From the NCBI GenBank assembly GCA_905233865.1, contig CAJOGH010000007.1, positions 3,276 through 27,595 of the forward strand: a DNA stretch of 24,320 nucleotides, written 5' to 3'. The notes under the pieces were generated by a model. That model did not search any database and was not told the origin of the DNA. It worked only from the letters and a program-made list of their open reading frames with translations. Below are positions 1 to 8,702 of the stretch, piece by piece. This DNA is from an uncultured Atopobiaceae bacterium. Lineage in GTDB: Bacteria > Actinomycetota > Coriobacteriia > Coriobacteriales > Atopobiaceae. Made by a program: the position numbers and the translations under genes. Within the stretch, counting starts at the first letter, position 1. The number at the start of each line of letters is the position of its first letter.

Positions 1-453
1 CTGCTCGACACCTTCCTGTTCTCCAAGAGCAAGTCCTCCAAGGAGGTCGCCAAGCTCGCCGTGCTGCCCAGCCTCTTTAACATCAACGAGCCGGTCATCT
101 ACGGTTACCCCATCGTCTTTAACCTGCCCCTGATCGTCCCGTTCGTTCTCGTTCCCGACCTGCTGATTGCCGCGACCTATGGCCTCACCTGCGCCGGTGT
201 CATCGCTCCCTGTGTCGTGCAGGTGCCCTGGACCACGCCTCCCGTGCTGAGCGCCCTTCTGGCTATCGGTGGCGACTGGCACGCCGCCGTGTGGCAGGTC
301 GTCGAGATCGCCGGTGCCATGGCTATCTACCTGCCCTTCATGAAGGTCTCCGAGCGCGCTGCCAAGAAGCAGATGGAGCTCGCGGACAACGGTCCCAAGG
401 GCGAGGTCCACGTCCTTGGCGGCAAGCCCGAGGCTACGCCCAAGGCTGCCTAG
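1..453 (+). CDS. PTS system EIIC component, Lac/Cel (cellobiose/chitobiose) family, 5'-truncated by the window edge
   Basis: Frame is open from base 1 (LLDTFLFSKS...). It has the family motifs FNINEPVIYGYPIVFN and VPWTTP and hydrophobic segments, and lies upstream of IIB and IIA genes. Confidence 0.92.
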   Translation: MLDTFLFSKSKSSKEVAKLAVLPSLFNINEPVIYGYPIVFNLPLIVPFVLVPDLLIAATYGLTCAGVIAPCVVQVPWTTPPVLSALLAIGGDWHAAVWQVVEIAGAMAIYLPFMKVSERAAKKQMELADNGPKGEVHVLGGKPEATPKAA

Positions 454-462
454 TCTCCTTCC

Positions 463-488
463 GGCGGGTGGCCTTCGGGTCACCCGCC
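463..488 (+). other. Intercistronic stem-loop with C(UUCG)G tetraloop, followed by a C-rich tract
   Basis: GGCGGGTGGCC-TTCG-GGTCACCCGCC is an 11-bp stem with one G-U pair. No U-tract follows, so it is more likely an mRNA stability or processing hairpin than a classic terminator. Confidence 0.7.
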
Positions 489-532
489 CCTTCCCCCCCC
501 ACCCCCACAGCGTCAAGAAAGGAACAGCTACC

Positions 533-832
533 ATGAAAATCCTGCTCGCCTGCAACGCAGGTATGTCCACGAGCCTCCTCGTCCAAAAGATGCGTGCCGA
601 GGCTGAGGCCGCGGGCCTCGAGGCCGTCATCGAGGCCAAGCCCCTCAACAAGGCCCTTGAGTCCGTTGCCGACTTTGACATCCTCATGCTGGGGCCCCAG
701 ATTTCCTACGCCAAGGCCGAGGCCGAGGAGTTTGCTGGCGGCAAGCCCGTCATCGTCATCGCCATGGCGGACTATGGCCGCATGAACGCGAAGGGCATCA
801 TCGAGCAGGCCCGCGCCGCCCTCGTAGCCTAA
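533..832 (+). CDS. PTS system EIIB component, Lac/Cel family
   Basis: ATG at 533 after the RBS AGAAAGGA. MKILLACNAGMSTSLLVQKM contains the phospho-Cys loop CxAGMSTS; DILMLGPQISY is also typical. 99 aa. Confidence 0.95.
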   Translation: MKILLACNAGMSTSLLVQKMRAEAEAAGLEAVIEAKPLNKALESVADFDILMLGPQISYAKAEAEEFAGGKPVIVIAMADYGRMNAKGIIEQARAALVA

Positions 833-850
833 GACCAAGGAGACCAAACC

Positions 851-1204
851 ATGGCAGAGATTGACACTCAGACCGAGACCACGGGCGACATGGGCGCGAT
901 GGAGGAGTGCTGCTTTAGGATCATCGCCTCCGTGGGCGCAGCCAAGTCCCTGTTCATCGAGGCCATCGCCCTTGCCAAGAAGGGCGAGTTTGACGAGGCC
1001 CGTGCCAAGGTCCAGGAGGGTGACCAGATCTTCGTGGACGGACATGGCGTGCACCTGGAACTCCTGCAGCAGGATGCCGCTGGGGTCGGAAGCACCAACG
1101 TGCCGCTTCTTCTGGTGCACTCCGAGGACCAGCTGATGCAGGCCGAGAGCTTTCGCATCCTGGCCAACGAGTTCATTGACCTCTACGAGAAGGTCCTGGG
1201 CTAA
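851..1204 (+). CDS. PTS system EIIA component, Lac/Cel family
   Basis: RBS AAGGAG. Helical protein with A(K/R)S..IEAI..AKKGEF..A and LLLVHSEDQLM, equivalent to the family motif HAQDHLM with the phospho-His. 117 aa. Confidence 0.93.
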   Translation: MAEIDTQTETTGDMGAMEECCFRIIASVGAAKSLFIEAIALAKKGEFDEARAKVQEGDQIFVDGHGVHLELLQQDAAGVGSTNVPLLLVHSEDQLMQAESFRILANEFIDLYEKVLG

Positions 1205-1236
1205 CCCGGTCTCACAAGCTCATAGCTGTCCCTCGC

Positions 1237-1268
1237 AGGGCGAGAAGAGCCTACGCTCCTCTCGCCCT
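1237..1268 (+). terminator. Stem-loop after the EIIA gene (possible terminator; also a member of the 12-bp repeat family)
   Basis: AGGGCGAGAAGAGC-CTAC-GCTCCTCTCGCCCT is a 14-bp stem with one mismatch, followed by the pyrimidine-rich CTCTTTGTGT. Confidence 0.55.
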
Positions 1269-1364
1269 CTCTTTGTGTCTGTCTGCCGAGCGCCTGCCTT
1301 GCTGGCAGCGCGCCGATGGTAGGGTGAGTATGAAGTCCGTGTGACCGAGAGCAAGGGAGACCTT

Positions 1365-2039
1365 ATGAGGGTGACAGGGAAGCTCGCAGCCTTTGCCATA
1401 GCGACGTCCATGGCGCTCGTGCTGGGCGCGTGCAGCACGTCGTCGACGACGACCACCAGCGTTTCCACCAGCAACGGCGAAACCACCACCACGACGACGT
1501 CAACGAGCACGTCATCTGTGGGCACCGACTCCAACTCGAGTCCCGACACCTACACGAATGACGAGCTCAAGTATGGCTACACCCTCCCGCCTGACCTCAA
1601 TGTCAGGTTTGCCGAGGCCGAAGAGCTCAACCAGATGAACGGATTTGAGCTCAAGGGGGAGAACATCATCCAGCACCTGGACGAGGGCGAGCCCGTTGTG
1701 TTTGCCTATGTCACGTCCGAGGGCGACTCCGCGCGCATGAGCGCCGTCAAGTTGGCGGGCACCAGCAACCAGGGAGCCGTGCCAGCCGATCTTGTCAGCA
1801 AGTTTGCCGACCAGTACGCGGCTAACATACCTGGGGCCACCGTGACTGACACGCAGGCCGGAACCTACACCCTTGAGGGCGTTGACTATCCGTATACGTC
1901 GTTTGCCCTTGACGTCAACGGGACCAAGCACTACTGCGCCGTCGCCGGCATCGTCTCGGGAGACTACTTCGTCTACTTCACGGTGGACACGCTCGAGCAG
2001 CCTCACGTGGAGCGTCTCCTGTCGGGCATCCAGAAGTAG
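1365..2039 (+). CDS. Hypothetical lipoprotein with Ser/Thr-rich linker
   Basis: ATG at 1365 follows the RBS AAGGGAGA (alternative GTG at 1341). Basic N-terminus, hydrophobic stretch and lipobox LGA-C, then a ~35-aa S/T run and a ~165-aa globular domain. Confidence 0.85.
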   Translation: MRVTGKLAAFAIATSMALVLGACSTSSTTTTSVSTSNGETTTTTTSTSTSSVGTDSNSSPDTYTNDELKYGYTLPPDLNVRFAEAEELNQMNGFELKGENIIQHLDEGEPVVFAYVTSEGDSARMSAVKLAGTSNQGAVPADLVSKFADQYAANIPGATVTDTQAGTYTLEGVDYPYTSFALDVNGTKHYCAVAGIVSGDYFVYFTVDTLEQPHVERLLSGIQK

Positions 2040-2046
2040 GCAGGGC

Positions 2047-3453
2047 ATGGCAACAAGCAGTAAGGTTCAGGTGATTCTCGACAAGTTTGCCGAGGTCTCG
2101 GCAAGGGTCGGCAACCAGACCCACATGAGGTCTCTGCGCGACGCGTTCGCGACCATCACGCCCCTCTACGTCATGGCGGGCCTTGCGGTGCTCGTGAGCC
2201 AGGTGGTCATGCCGCTCGTGCTTTCGGGTGACGCGCTCGCCTCGGCTCAGCTCTGGGGCAGCGCCATTGGCCTTGGCACGCTCAACTTCTCGGCCATCAT
2301 CTTTGCGGGCGTCCTGGGGTACTGCCTTGCGGTCAACAAGCGCTTTGACAATGCGATCGCCTGCGTGGTCATCGGCATCTCTGCGTTCGTCGTCATGATG
2401 CCGCAGACCATCGTCGCCACCGTCGGCAGCGCCGTCCATGCGACGAGCGTCACCGACAAGACCGCTGCCACCATGAGCTATCCCATTGACAGCCTTGCTG
2501 GCAACCTGGGCATGCCCGAGGGGTATGAGCTGACCGGTGTTGACGCGACGGGCGCCTTTGCCACGACCAGCACGGGTGCCAACGGCCTCTTTGGCGCGAT
2601 CGTCATCGGCTTGCTTGCCGTCACGCTCTTCATCAGGCTCTCTGGCATCGATAGGCTCAAGGTCAACCTTGGCGAGGGCGTGCCGCCCGCGGTCGCCGAC
2701 TCCTTCAACGTCATGATCCCGATGCTGCTCACGCTCTCCGTCTTTGGTCTTGGCGCCGCCGTCCTCGCGGGCTTTGGCACCGACTTCCTGTCGCTCATTG
2801 CCGCCTGCATCGACGCGCCCCTCAAGGGTGTCATGAACACCGGTCCCTGGGCGGTCGTCGTCATCTACACCTTCGCTAACCTGCTGTTCTGCCTGGGCAT
2901 CCACCAGTCCACCATCTCCGGCGTCCTTGCCGAGCCAATCCTCACCATGTTGATCATCGACAACATGGCGACGTTCGCCTCCGGCCAGCCCATCCCAGCC
3001 GACCATTACATGAACATGCAGATCATCAACTCCTTTGCTCTTATCGGCGGCTCTGGCTGCACGCTGGCCCTCCTGCTGGACACCTTCCTGTTCTCCAAGA
3101 GCAAGTCCTCCCGGGAGATCACCAAGCTCTCTATTTTGCCGGCCATCTTTGGCGTCAACGAGCCGGTCATCTATGGATACCCCGTCGTCTTCAACCTGCC
3201 GCTCATGATTCCCTTTGTTCTCATCCCTGACCTGCTGATTGCGGCAACCTATGGCCTCACCTGTGCTGGCTTCATCGCGCCGTGCGTGGTTCAGGTGCAC
3301 TGGACCACACCTCCCGTGTTGAGCGCGTTTCTTGCCACGGGCGGTGACTGGCGCGCCGCCGTATGGCAGGTCATCGAGATTGCGATTGCAATGGCCATCT
3401 ACCTGCCATTCATGAAGGTATCCGAGGCCTCGCAGCGGAGAGGGTCGAGCTAG
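2047..3453 (+). CDS. PTS system EIIC component, Lac/Cel family (second paralogue)
   Basis: ATG at 2047. Motifs RSLRDAF, GLFGAIVIG, IPPAVA-like VPPAVADSFNVMIP, LGIH, IGGSGCTL, FGVNEPVIYG and WTTPP. About 10 TM segments, 468 aa. Confidence 0.95.
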   Translation: MATSSKVQVILDKFAEVSARVGNQTHMRSLRDAFATITPLYVMAGLAVLVSQVVMPLVLSGDALASAQLWGSAIGLGTLNFSAIIFAGVLGYCLAVNKRFDNAIACVVIGISAFVVMMPQTIVATVGSAVHATSVTDKTAATMSYPIDSLAGNLGMPEGYELTGVDATGAFATTSTGANGLFGAIVIGLLAVTLFIRLSGIDRLKVNLGEGVPPAVADSFNVMIPMLLTLSVFGLGAAVLAGFGTDFLSLIAACIDAPLKGVMNTGPWAVVVIYTFANLLFCLGIHQSTISGVLAEPILTMLIIDNMATFASGQPIPADHYMNMQIINSFALIGGSGCTLALLLDTFLFSKSKSSREITKLSILPAIFGVNEPVIYGYPVVFNLPLMIPFVLIPDLLIAATYGLTCAGFIAPCVVQVHWTTPPVLSAFLATGGDWRAAVWQVIEIAIAMAIYLPFMKVSEASQRRGSS

Positions 3454-3634
3454 GCGACAAGAGCATGGGGCATGCCGACGCTCATCCACGTGCGGGTCAA
3501 GAGCCGCTAGGCCTGCCGTGCCGTTCCTCTTGGATGCGGGTCACGCCCCGTCCGCATCACAGGAACGACACGTAGGTATGCTCGGAGACAAGTCGGGTAC
3601 ACTCGCGACTAGGACTTGCGACGAGAGGACATTC

Positions 3635-6241
3635 ATGTTCGAGAAGTTCACCGACAAAGCCCGCAAGGTCATGAGCATCGCCCAGACCGAGGCGCGTGAC
3701 CTAGGCCAGATGTATGTGGGCACCGAGCACCTGCTGCTGGCGCTCATAAAGGAGGGCGAGGGCATCGCCGCCAAGGCGCTGGCCAAGCTCGATATCACCT
3801 ATGACGAGACCCGTGCCTGCGTCAACGAGCTCACCAACACCAACGACGAGCCCGTGCCCGGCGGCCACATCCCGTTTACGCCGCGCGCCAAGCGCGTGCT
3901 GGAGGACGCCTACCGCGAGACCATGACGCACGGTCAGAACTACATCTCCACGGAGCACCTGCTCTTGGGCATTGTCCGCGAGGGCAACGGCGTGGGCATG
4001 GACGCGCTCACGCGCATGGGCGTCTCGGGTGACGCGGTGCGCAATGCCGTCAACGAGCTCATAGACGCCACGCCTGCCGAGGAACAGCGCCCGCGTCCGC
4101 AGGAGGTGCGCATGGGCGGCATGCCCGGCATGCCGCCGCGTGGGCAGCGCGACGACGCGTCCATGCTCAAGGAGTACGGGCGCAACCTCACGGTCTTGGC
4201 ATCCGAGGGCAAGCTTGACCCCGTCATTGGTCGTGACCGTGAGGTCGAGCGCGTCATGCAGGTGCTGGCGCGCCGCCAGAAGAACAACCCGCTCATCCTG
4301 GGCGATCCCGGTGTGGGCAAGACCGCCATTGTCGAGGGCCTGGCTCAGCTCATCACTACGGGCAACGTCCCTGACATCCTGCGCGGCAAGCAGATCTGGA
4401 CGCTGGACGTGTCTGCTCTCGTCGCAGGGTCCAAGTACCGCGGCGAGTTTGAGGACCGTCTCAAGCGCGTGGTGGCCGAGGTGATGGACTCCAAGGAGGA
4501 CATCCTCTTTATCGACGAGATTCATACCATCATCGGTGCAGGCTCCGCGGAGGGCTCGCTTGACGCGGCCTCCATCCTCAAGCCGCCCCTGTCGCGCGGC
4601 GACATCCAGGTCATCGGCGCCACGACGGCCGACGAGTACCGTAAGCACTTTGAGCACGACGCCGCCCTGGCGCGCCGCTTCCAGCCGGTGCAGATCGGCG
4701 AGCCCAGCGTGGAGGACACCGTCATCATCCTGCGCGAGCTCCAGGAGCGTTACGAGGAGCACCACCACGTGCGCTACACGCCGGAGGCCATCGAGGCCGC
4801 TGCCACCCTGGCAGACCGCTATGTCCAGGACCGCTTCCTACCCGACAAGGCCATCGACGTCATCGACGAGGCAGGTGCCCGCACGCGCGTCCACAAGATG
4901 ACGCTCCCGCCCGAGATTGCCGCGATTGACGAGGAACTCGCCCGCGTGCGCGAGCAGAAGTCCCAGGCCGCGAGCGCCCAGGAGTTCGAGAACGCCGCCC
5001 GCCTGCGTGACACAGAAAAGGAGCTCGTCGAGAAGCGTGACGAGCTCGAGGCCGCCTGGCGTGAGCGACTTAACCAGAACATCGTCGTCGTCGACGCGCA
5101 GGACGTGGCCGACGTGGTCTCCGACATCACCGGCGTGCCCGTGTCCAACCTCACCGAGGCCGAGGCATCCAAGCTCCTGCGCTGCGAGGACGCCCTGCAC
5201 CAGCGTGTCGTTGGGCAGGACGAGGCCGTGAGCTCCGTGAGCCGCGCCATCAGGCGCAGCCGCTCGCCGCTCAAGGACCCGCGCCGTCCCGGCGGCTCCT
5301 TCATCTTCCTGGGCCCCTCGGGCGTGGGCAAGACCGAGCTGGCCAAGTCGCTCGCGGAGTTCCTCTTTGGCTCCGAGGACGCCCTCATCACCTTTGACAT
5401 GTCCGAGTTCATGGAGAAGCACGCCGTGTCCAAGCTGGTTGGCGCACCTCCGGGATATGTGGGCTACGACGAGGGCGGCGAGCTGACCAAGGCCGTCCGC
5501 CGCAGGCCCTACTCCGTCATCCTCTTTGACGAGATCGAGAAGGCCCACCCCGACGTGTTCAACATCCTCCTGCAGATTCTGGACGAGGGACGCCTGACGG
5601 ACGGCCAGGGCCGCAAGGTCGACTTCTCCAACGCCGTCATCATCATGACGTCCAACATCGGCGCCCGTGAGATAGCCACCACCACGCCCATGGGCTTTGG
5701 CACCACTGGTGCTGCGGGCCTGTCCGACAAGGAGATCAACTCGCGCGTCATGAGCGAGCTCAAGAAGCTGTTCCGGCCCGAGTTCCTCAACCGCGTGGAC
5801 GAGATCGTGGTCTTCAAGTCGCTCACGACCGACCAGCTCCACGACATCGTCGAGCTCATGGTGGGCGACCTTCGCCGTCGCCTGGTCACGCAGGGCATGT
5901 CCATCGTGCTCTCGCCCGCGGCGCGCGACTTTGTTTCCAAGGAGGGGGCTGACCCCATCTATGGTGCGCGCCCGCTGCGTCGCGCCATCCAGACCCTCAT
6001 CGAGGACCCGCTGTCCGAGGAGCTCCTTGCCGGTGGCTGGAAGGCCGGCGACATCATCTCCGTGGACCTTGACGAGTCAGGCGAGCGGCTGACCTTCGAG
6101 CGCACCTCGGGCGACATGCCCGCCATCGAGGAGCGTGTCCACATGGAGCTGCCAAGTGCGCGCGGCACCTGGTCCACACCCGCATCGGGCTCGTCGTCAT
6201 CGTCGAGCCCGGGCGCCGACGCGGCCGGTTCTGCTGATTAG
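3635..6241 (+). CDS. clpC: ATP-dependent Clp protease ATP-binding subunit ClpC
   Basis: [12 protein letters not shown] start after GAGG. Two Clp-N repeats; NBD1 with GDPGVGKT and ILFIDE; UVR/M coiled coil [12 protein letters not shown]; NBD2 with GPSGVGKT and ILFDE; ClpP-docking MGF loop. Confidence 0.96.
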   Translation: MFEKFTDKARKVMSIAQTEARDLGQMYVGTEHLLLALIKEGEGIAAKALAKLDITYDETRACVNELTNTNDEPVPGGHIPFTPRAKRVLEDAYRETMTHGQNYISTEHLLLGIVREGNGVGMDALTRMGVSGDAVRNAVNELIDATPAEEQRPRPQEVRMGGMPGMPPRGQRDDASMLKEYGRNLTVLASEGKLDPVIGRDREVERVMQVLARRQKNNPLILGDPGVGKTAIVEGLAQLITTGNVPDILRGKQIWTLDVSALVAGSKYRGEFEDRLKRVVAEVMDSKEDILFIDEIHTIIGAGSAEGSLDAASILKPPLSRGDIQVIGATTADEYRKHFEHDAALARRFQPVQIGEPSVEDTVIILRELQERYEEHHHVRYTPEAIEAAATLADRYVQDRFLPDKAIDVIDEAGARTRVHKMTLPPEIAAIDEELARVREQKSQAASAQEFENAARLRDTEKELVEKRDELEAAWRERLNQNIVVVDAQDVADVVSDITGVPVSNLTEAEASKLLRCEDALHQRVVGQDEAVSSVSRAIRRSRSPLKDPRRPGGSFIFLGPSGVGKTELAKSLAEFLFGSEDALITFDMSEFMEKHAVSKLVGAPPGYVGYDEGGELTKAVRRRPYSVILFDEIEKAHPDVFNILLQILDEGRLTDGQGRKVDFSNAVIIMTSNIGAREIATTTPMGFGTTGAAGLSDKEINSRVMSELKKLFRPEFLNRVDEIVVFKSLTTDQLHDIVELMVGDLRRRLVTQGMSIVLSPAARDFVSKEGADPIYGARPLRRAIQTLIEDPLSEELLAGGWKAGDIISVDLDESGERLTFERTSGDMPAIEERVHMELPSARGTWSTPASGSSSSSSPGADAAGSAD

Positions 6242-6250
6242 CAGCCTTTT

Positions 6251-6279
6251 GCCCGACCGGGACCCGTGCCCGGTCGGGC
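6251..6279 (+). terminator. Perfect 11-bp GC stem-loop after clpC (U-tract-less, actinobacterial-type terminator candidate)
   Basis: GCCCGACCGGG-ACCCGTG-CCCGGTCGGGC starts 10 nt after the clpC stop codon. Confidence 0.55.
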
Positions 6280-6296
6280 GCCGCATATACTAGGCT

Positions 6297-7409
6297 GTGA
6301 ACTTGACTTCTAACCAGAGAGGCGGGGGAATGGAACAGGCTAAGCAGGGGACGCTTGACCTCGACGCGCGCATGAGCGAGGCCATCCGGCGCACCGCGCC
6401 CGGAACGGCGCTGCGCCACGCGCTTGACATGATCATTGCCGGTCACCTGGGCGCCATCATCTGCGTCGGTGACTCTGATGCCGTGCTGGCCGCGGGCAAC
6501 GACGGCTTTCCCCTGAACATCTCGTTCACGGCCAACCGTCTCTTTGAGCTGTCCAAGATGGACGGCGCCATCGTGGTGGACAGGGAGCTCACGCAGATTC
6601 TGCGCGCCAACTTCCACCTGAACCCCGATGGCTCGCTGCCCACGTCCGAGACGGGCATGCGTCACCGCACGGCCGCGCGCATGAGCCTGCTCACCGACGC
6701 GATGGTCATTTCCGTTTCCGAGCGCCGCCAGGTCGTGAGCATCTACGTGGGTGGCCGCTCGCACCAGCTGCGCAGCATTCCTGAGGTCATGACCGTTGCC
6801 AACCAGCTTCTCGTGTCCATGCAGGCCACGCGCCAGGCCATCGACCGCAACCTCATTCGCCTGACCTCCATCGAGCTTGACAACCACGTGGTCATGAGCG
6901 ACATCGTCAAAGTCTTCTCCCTCTTTGAGCTCCTGCTCTACTCCGACTCCGCCCTGCGCGGGTGCATCGAGGAGCTGGGGCGCGAGGGTCGCAACGTGGA
7001 GATGCAACGTCAGGGTATCGTGGGCGACGCCGACGAGGAGTACACGCTCATGATCCGCGACTATGCCAAGGACTCCTCGCCCGAGGCGGCCCGCGCCATC
7101 CGCGAGCGACTGGCCAACCTCGCTGCCAAGCAGGCGTTGTCCTCCAGCACCGTCAGCCGCGCGCTGGGTCTGGAGGAGTACAAGGAGGACACGGTCGTCA
7201 TGCCGCTGGGCCTGCGCACACTCTCCCGCATCTCGGTCGTCCGCGAGGGTATCGCCGAGCGCATCGTGGACGAGTACGGCTCGCTCCGAGAGCTCATGGA
7301 CGACCTGAAGAAGAGCGACTCGGAGAACCCCGCCCGCGTCGAGGACCTGGGCGTCAACGAGCCGACCATCCTCATGGACTCCCTGTACCGCCTGTGGGGC
7401 AAGAAGTGA
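6297..7409 (+). CDS. disA: DisA-family diadenylate cyclase (DAC domain + DisA linker + degenerate HhH region)
   Basis: Catalytic motifs KMDGAI and GMRHRTA; linker ANQLLVSMQ...LTSIELDNHVVMSDIV; position after clpC. The start is either GTG 6297 or ATG 6330. Confidence 0.92.
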   Translation: MNLTSNQRGGGMEQAKQGTLDLDARMSEAIRRTAPGTALRHALDMIIAGHLGAIICVGDSDAVLAAGNDGFPLNISFTANRLFELSKMDGAIVVDRELTQILRANFHLNPDGSLPTSETGMRHRTAARMSLLTDAMVISVSERRQVVSIYVGGRSHQLRSIPEVMTVANQLLVSMQATRQAIDRNLIRLTSIELDNHVVMSDIVKVFSLFELLLYSDSALRGCIEELGREGRNVEMQRQGIVGDADEEYTLMIRDYAKDSSPEAARAIRERLANLAAKQALSSSTVSRALGLEEYKEDTVVMPLGLRTLSRISVVREGIAERIVDEYGSLRELMDDLKKSDSENPARVEDLGVNEPTILMDSLYRLWGKK

Positions 7410-8194
7410 TTGGCTCGACCCCACAACCCCGAGCCATGCACGCGGTGCCAACCATCGCGGACCACGCTGCCGACACCTGCGCCATCATCGTCGCAGGCGG
7501 CTCAGGCGAGCGCTTTGGGGATCCGCGCGGCAAGCAGTTTGTGGAGGTCTGCGGTCTGCCGTTACTGTGCTGGTCGCTCCTTGCCTTTGACGCCGCTCCC
7601 TGTGTGGCCCAGATTGTCGTGGTCGCGCCTGTCGGCGAGGACGAGCTCAAGAGCTGTGCCATCGACATCCTGCCGCTCATGAAGCCCGTCGTGGTCGCCC
7701 CCTCCGGCGAGACGCGCCAGGACTCGGTCCGTCACGGCCTGGCCGCAAGTGACGAGACCCTTCCCTTCGTGGCCATCCACGACGGGGCACGTCCGCTCAT
7801 CCTGCCCTCGTCCATAGACGCCACCGTGCGTGCCCTGCGTGATGACGACACGCTTGACGGCACGGTCGCCGCATGCCCCGCCATCGACACGCTCAAGATC
7901 GTCAATGGCGACATCATTGAGTCCACGCCCGATCGCTCAAGGTTCTGGATGGTCCAGACGCCGCAGGTCTTCCGCTCGTCCTCCGTCGCGTCGGCACACT
8001 CCCGCGCTGTGGAGGAGGGCTTCATAGGCACTGACGATGCCAGCCTCGTGGAGCGCATCGGCGGCCGCGTGCGCTGCGTGGCCGTTGCCCGTGACAACAT
8101 CAAGGTAACGGTGCCTGAGGACCTCACGCCGGTTCGCGCCATCCTGGAGCAGCGCATAGCGGATGCCGCCTGCGCAGGAGGTGCCGAGTCATGA
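7406..8194 (+). CDS. ispD: 2-C-methyl-D-erythritol 4-phosphate cytidylyltransferase
   Basis: Motifs AGGSGERFG...[30 protein letters not shown] and [10 protein letters not shown]. The GTG at 7406 overlaps the disA stop (GTGA); alternative ATG at 7436. Confidence 0.95.
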   Translation: MIGSTPQPRAMHAVPTIADHAADTCAIIVAGGSGERFGDPRGKQFVEVCGLPLLCWSLLAFDAAPCVAQIVVVAPVGEDELKSCAIDILPLMKPVVVAPSGETRQDSVRHGLAASDETLPFVAIHDGARPLILPSSIDATVRALRDDDTLDGTVAACPAIDTLKIVNGDIIESTPDRSRFWMVQTPQVFRSSSVASAHSRAVEEGFIGTDDASLVERIGGRVRCVAVARDNIKVTVPEDLTPVRAILEQRIADAACAGGAES

Positions 8195-8667
8195 TGCGCA
8201 TAGGTCACGGCTTTGACGTCCACGGCTTTGCCCCTGGGCGCAAGCTCATCCTGGGCGGCGTCGACATCCCGCACGAGGTGGGCTTGGACGGGCACTCTGA
8301 TGCTGACGTCCTGGCGCATGCCATCATGGACGCCCTGCTGGGCGCCCTTCGTGCCGGTGACATCGGCCAGCTCTTCCCCGACACCGACCCCGCCTACGAG
8401 GGCGCGGACTCGCTCAAGCTCCTTGAGCAGGTTGCCGCCCTCGTGCGTGAGCGGGGCTTTGAGATAGTCGACGTCGACTCCACCATCGCGGCCCAGGCCC
8501 CGCGCATGGCGCCTCACATCGATGCCATGAGGGACAACCTCGCACGCGCGATGCTCTTGTCGCCAGACCAGGTGGGCGTCAAGGCCACGACCACCGAACA
8601 CCTGGGCTTCGTGGGGCGCCGGGAGGGCATCGCCGCCTGGGCCGTCTGTCTCATCCAAGCGGTATAG
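8191..8667 (+). CDS. ispF: 2-C-methyl-D-erythritol 2,4-cyclodiphosphate synthase
   Basis: Motifs [35 protein letters not shown] and [15 protein letters not shown] overlap with ispD. Confidence 0.96.
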   Translation: MMRIGHGFDVHGFAPGRKLILGGVDIPHEVGLDGHSDADVLAHAIMDALLGALRAGDIGQLFPDTDPAYEGADSLKLLEQVAALVRERGFEIVDVDSTIAAQAPRMAPHIDAMRDNLARAMLLSPDQVGVKATTTEHLGFVGRREGIAAWAVCLIQAV

Positions 8668-8702
8668 TCATCTCGCTCGTTTTGTTTGACCAAGGAGAAC
8701 CA

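Noticed and set aside
3454-3634. Heat-shock operators (CtsR heptads, CIRCE, HAIR) upstream of clpC; a TGCGGGTCA direct repeat at 3491 and 3535
   Set aside because: There is no match to the CtsR tandem GGTCAAA-NAN-GGTCAAA, to CIRCE TTAGCACTC-N9-GAGTGCTAA, or to HAIR CTTGAGT-N7-ACTCAAG. A 9-bp GC-rich repeat is weak evidence by itself.
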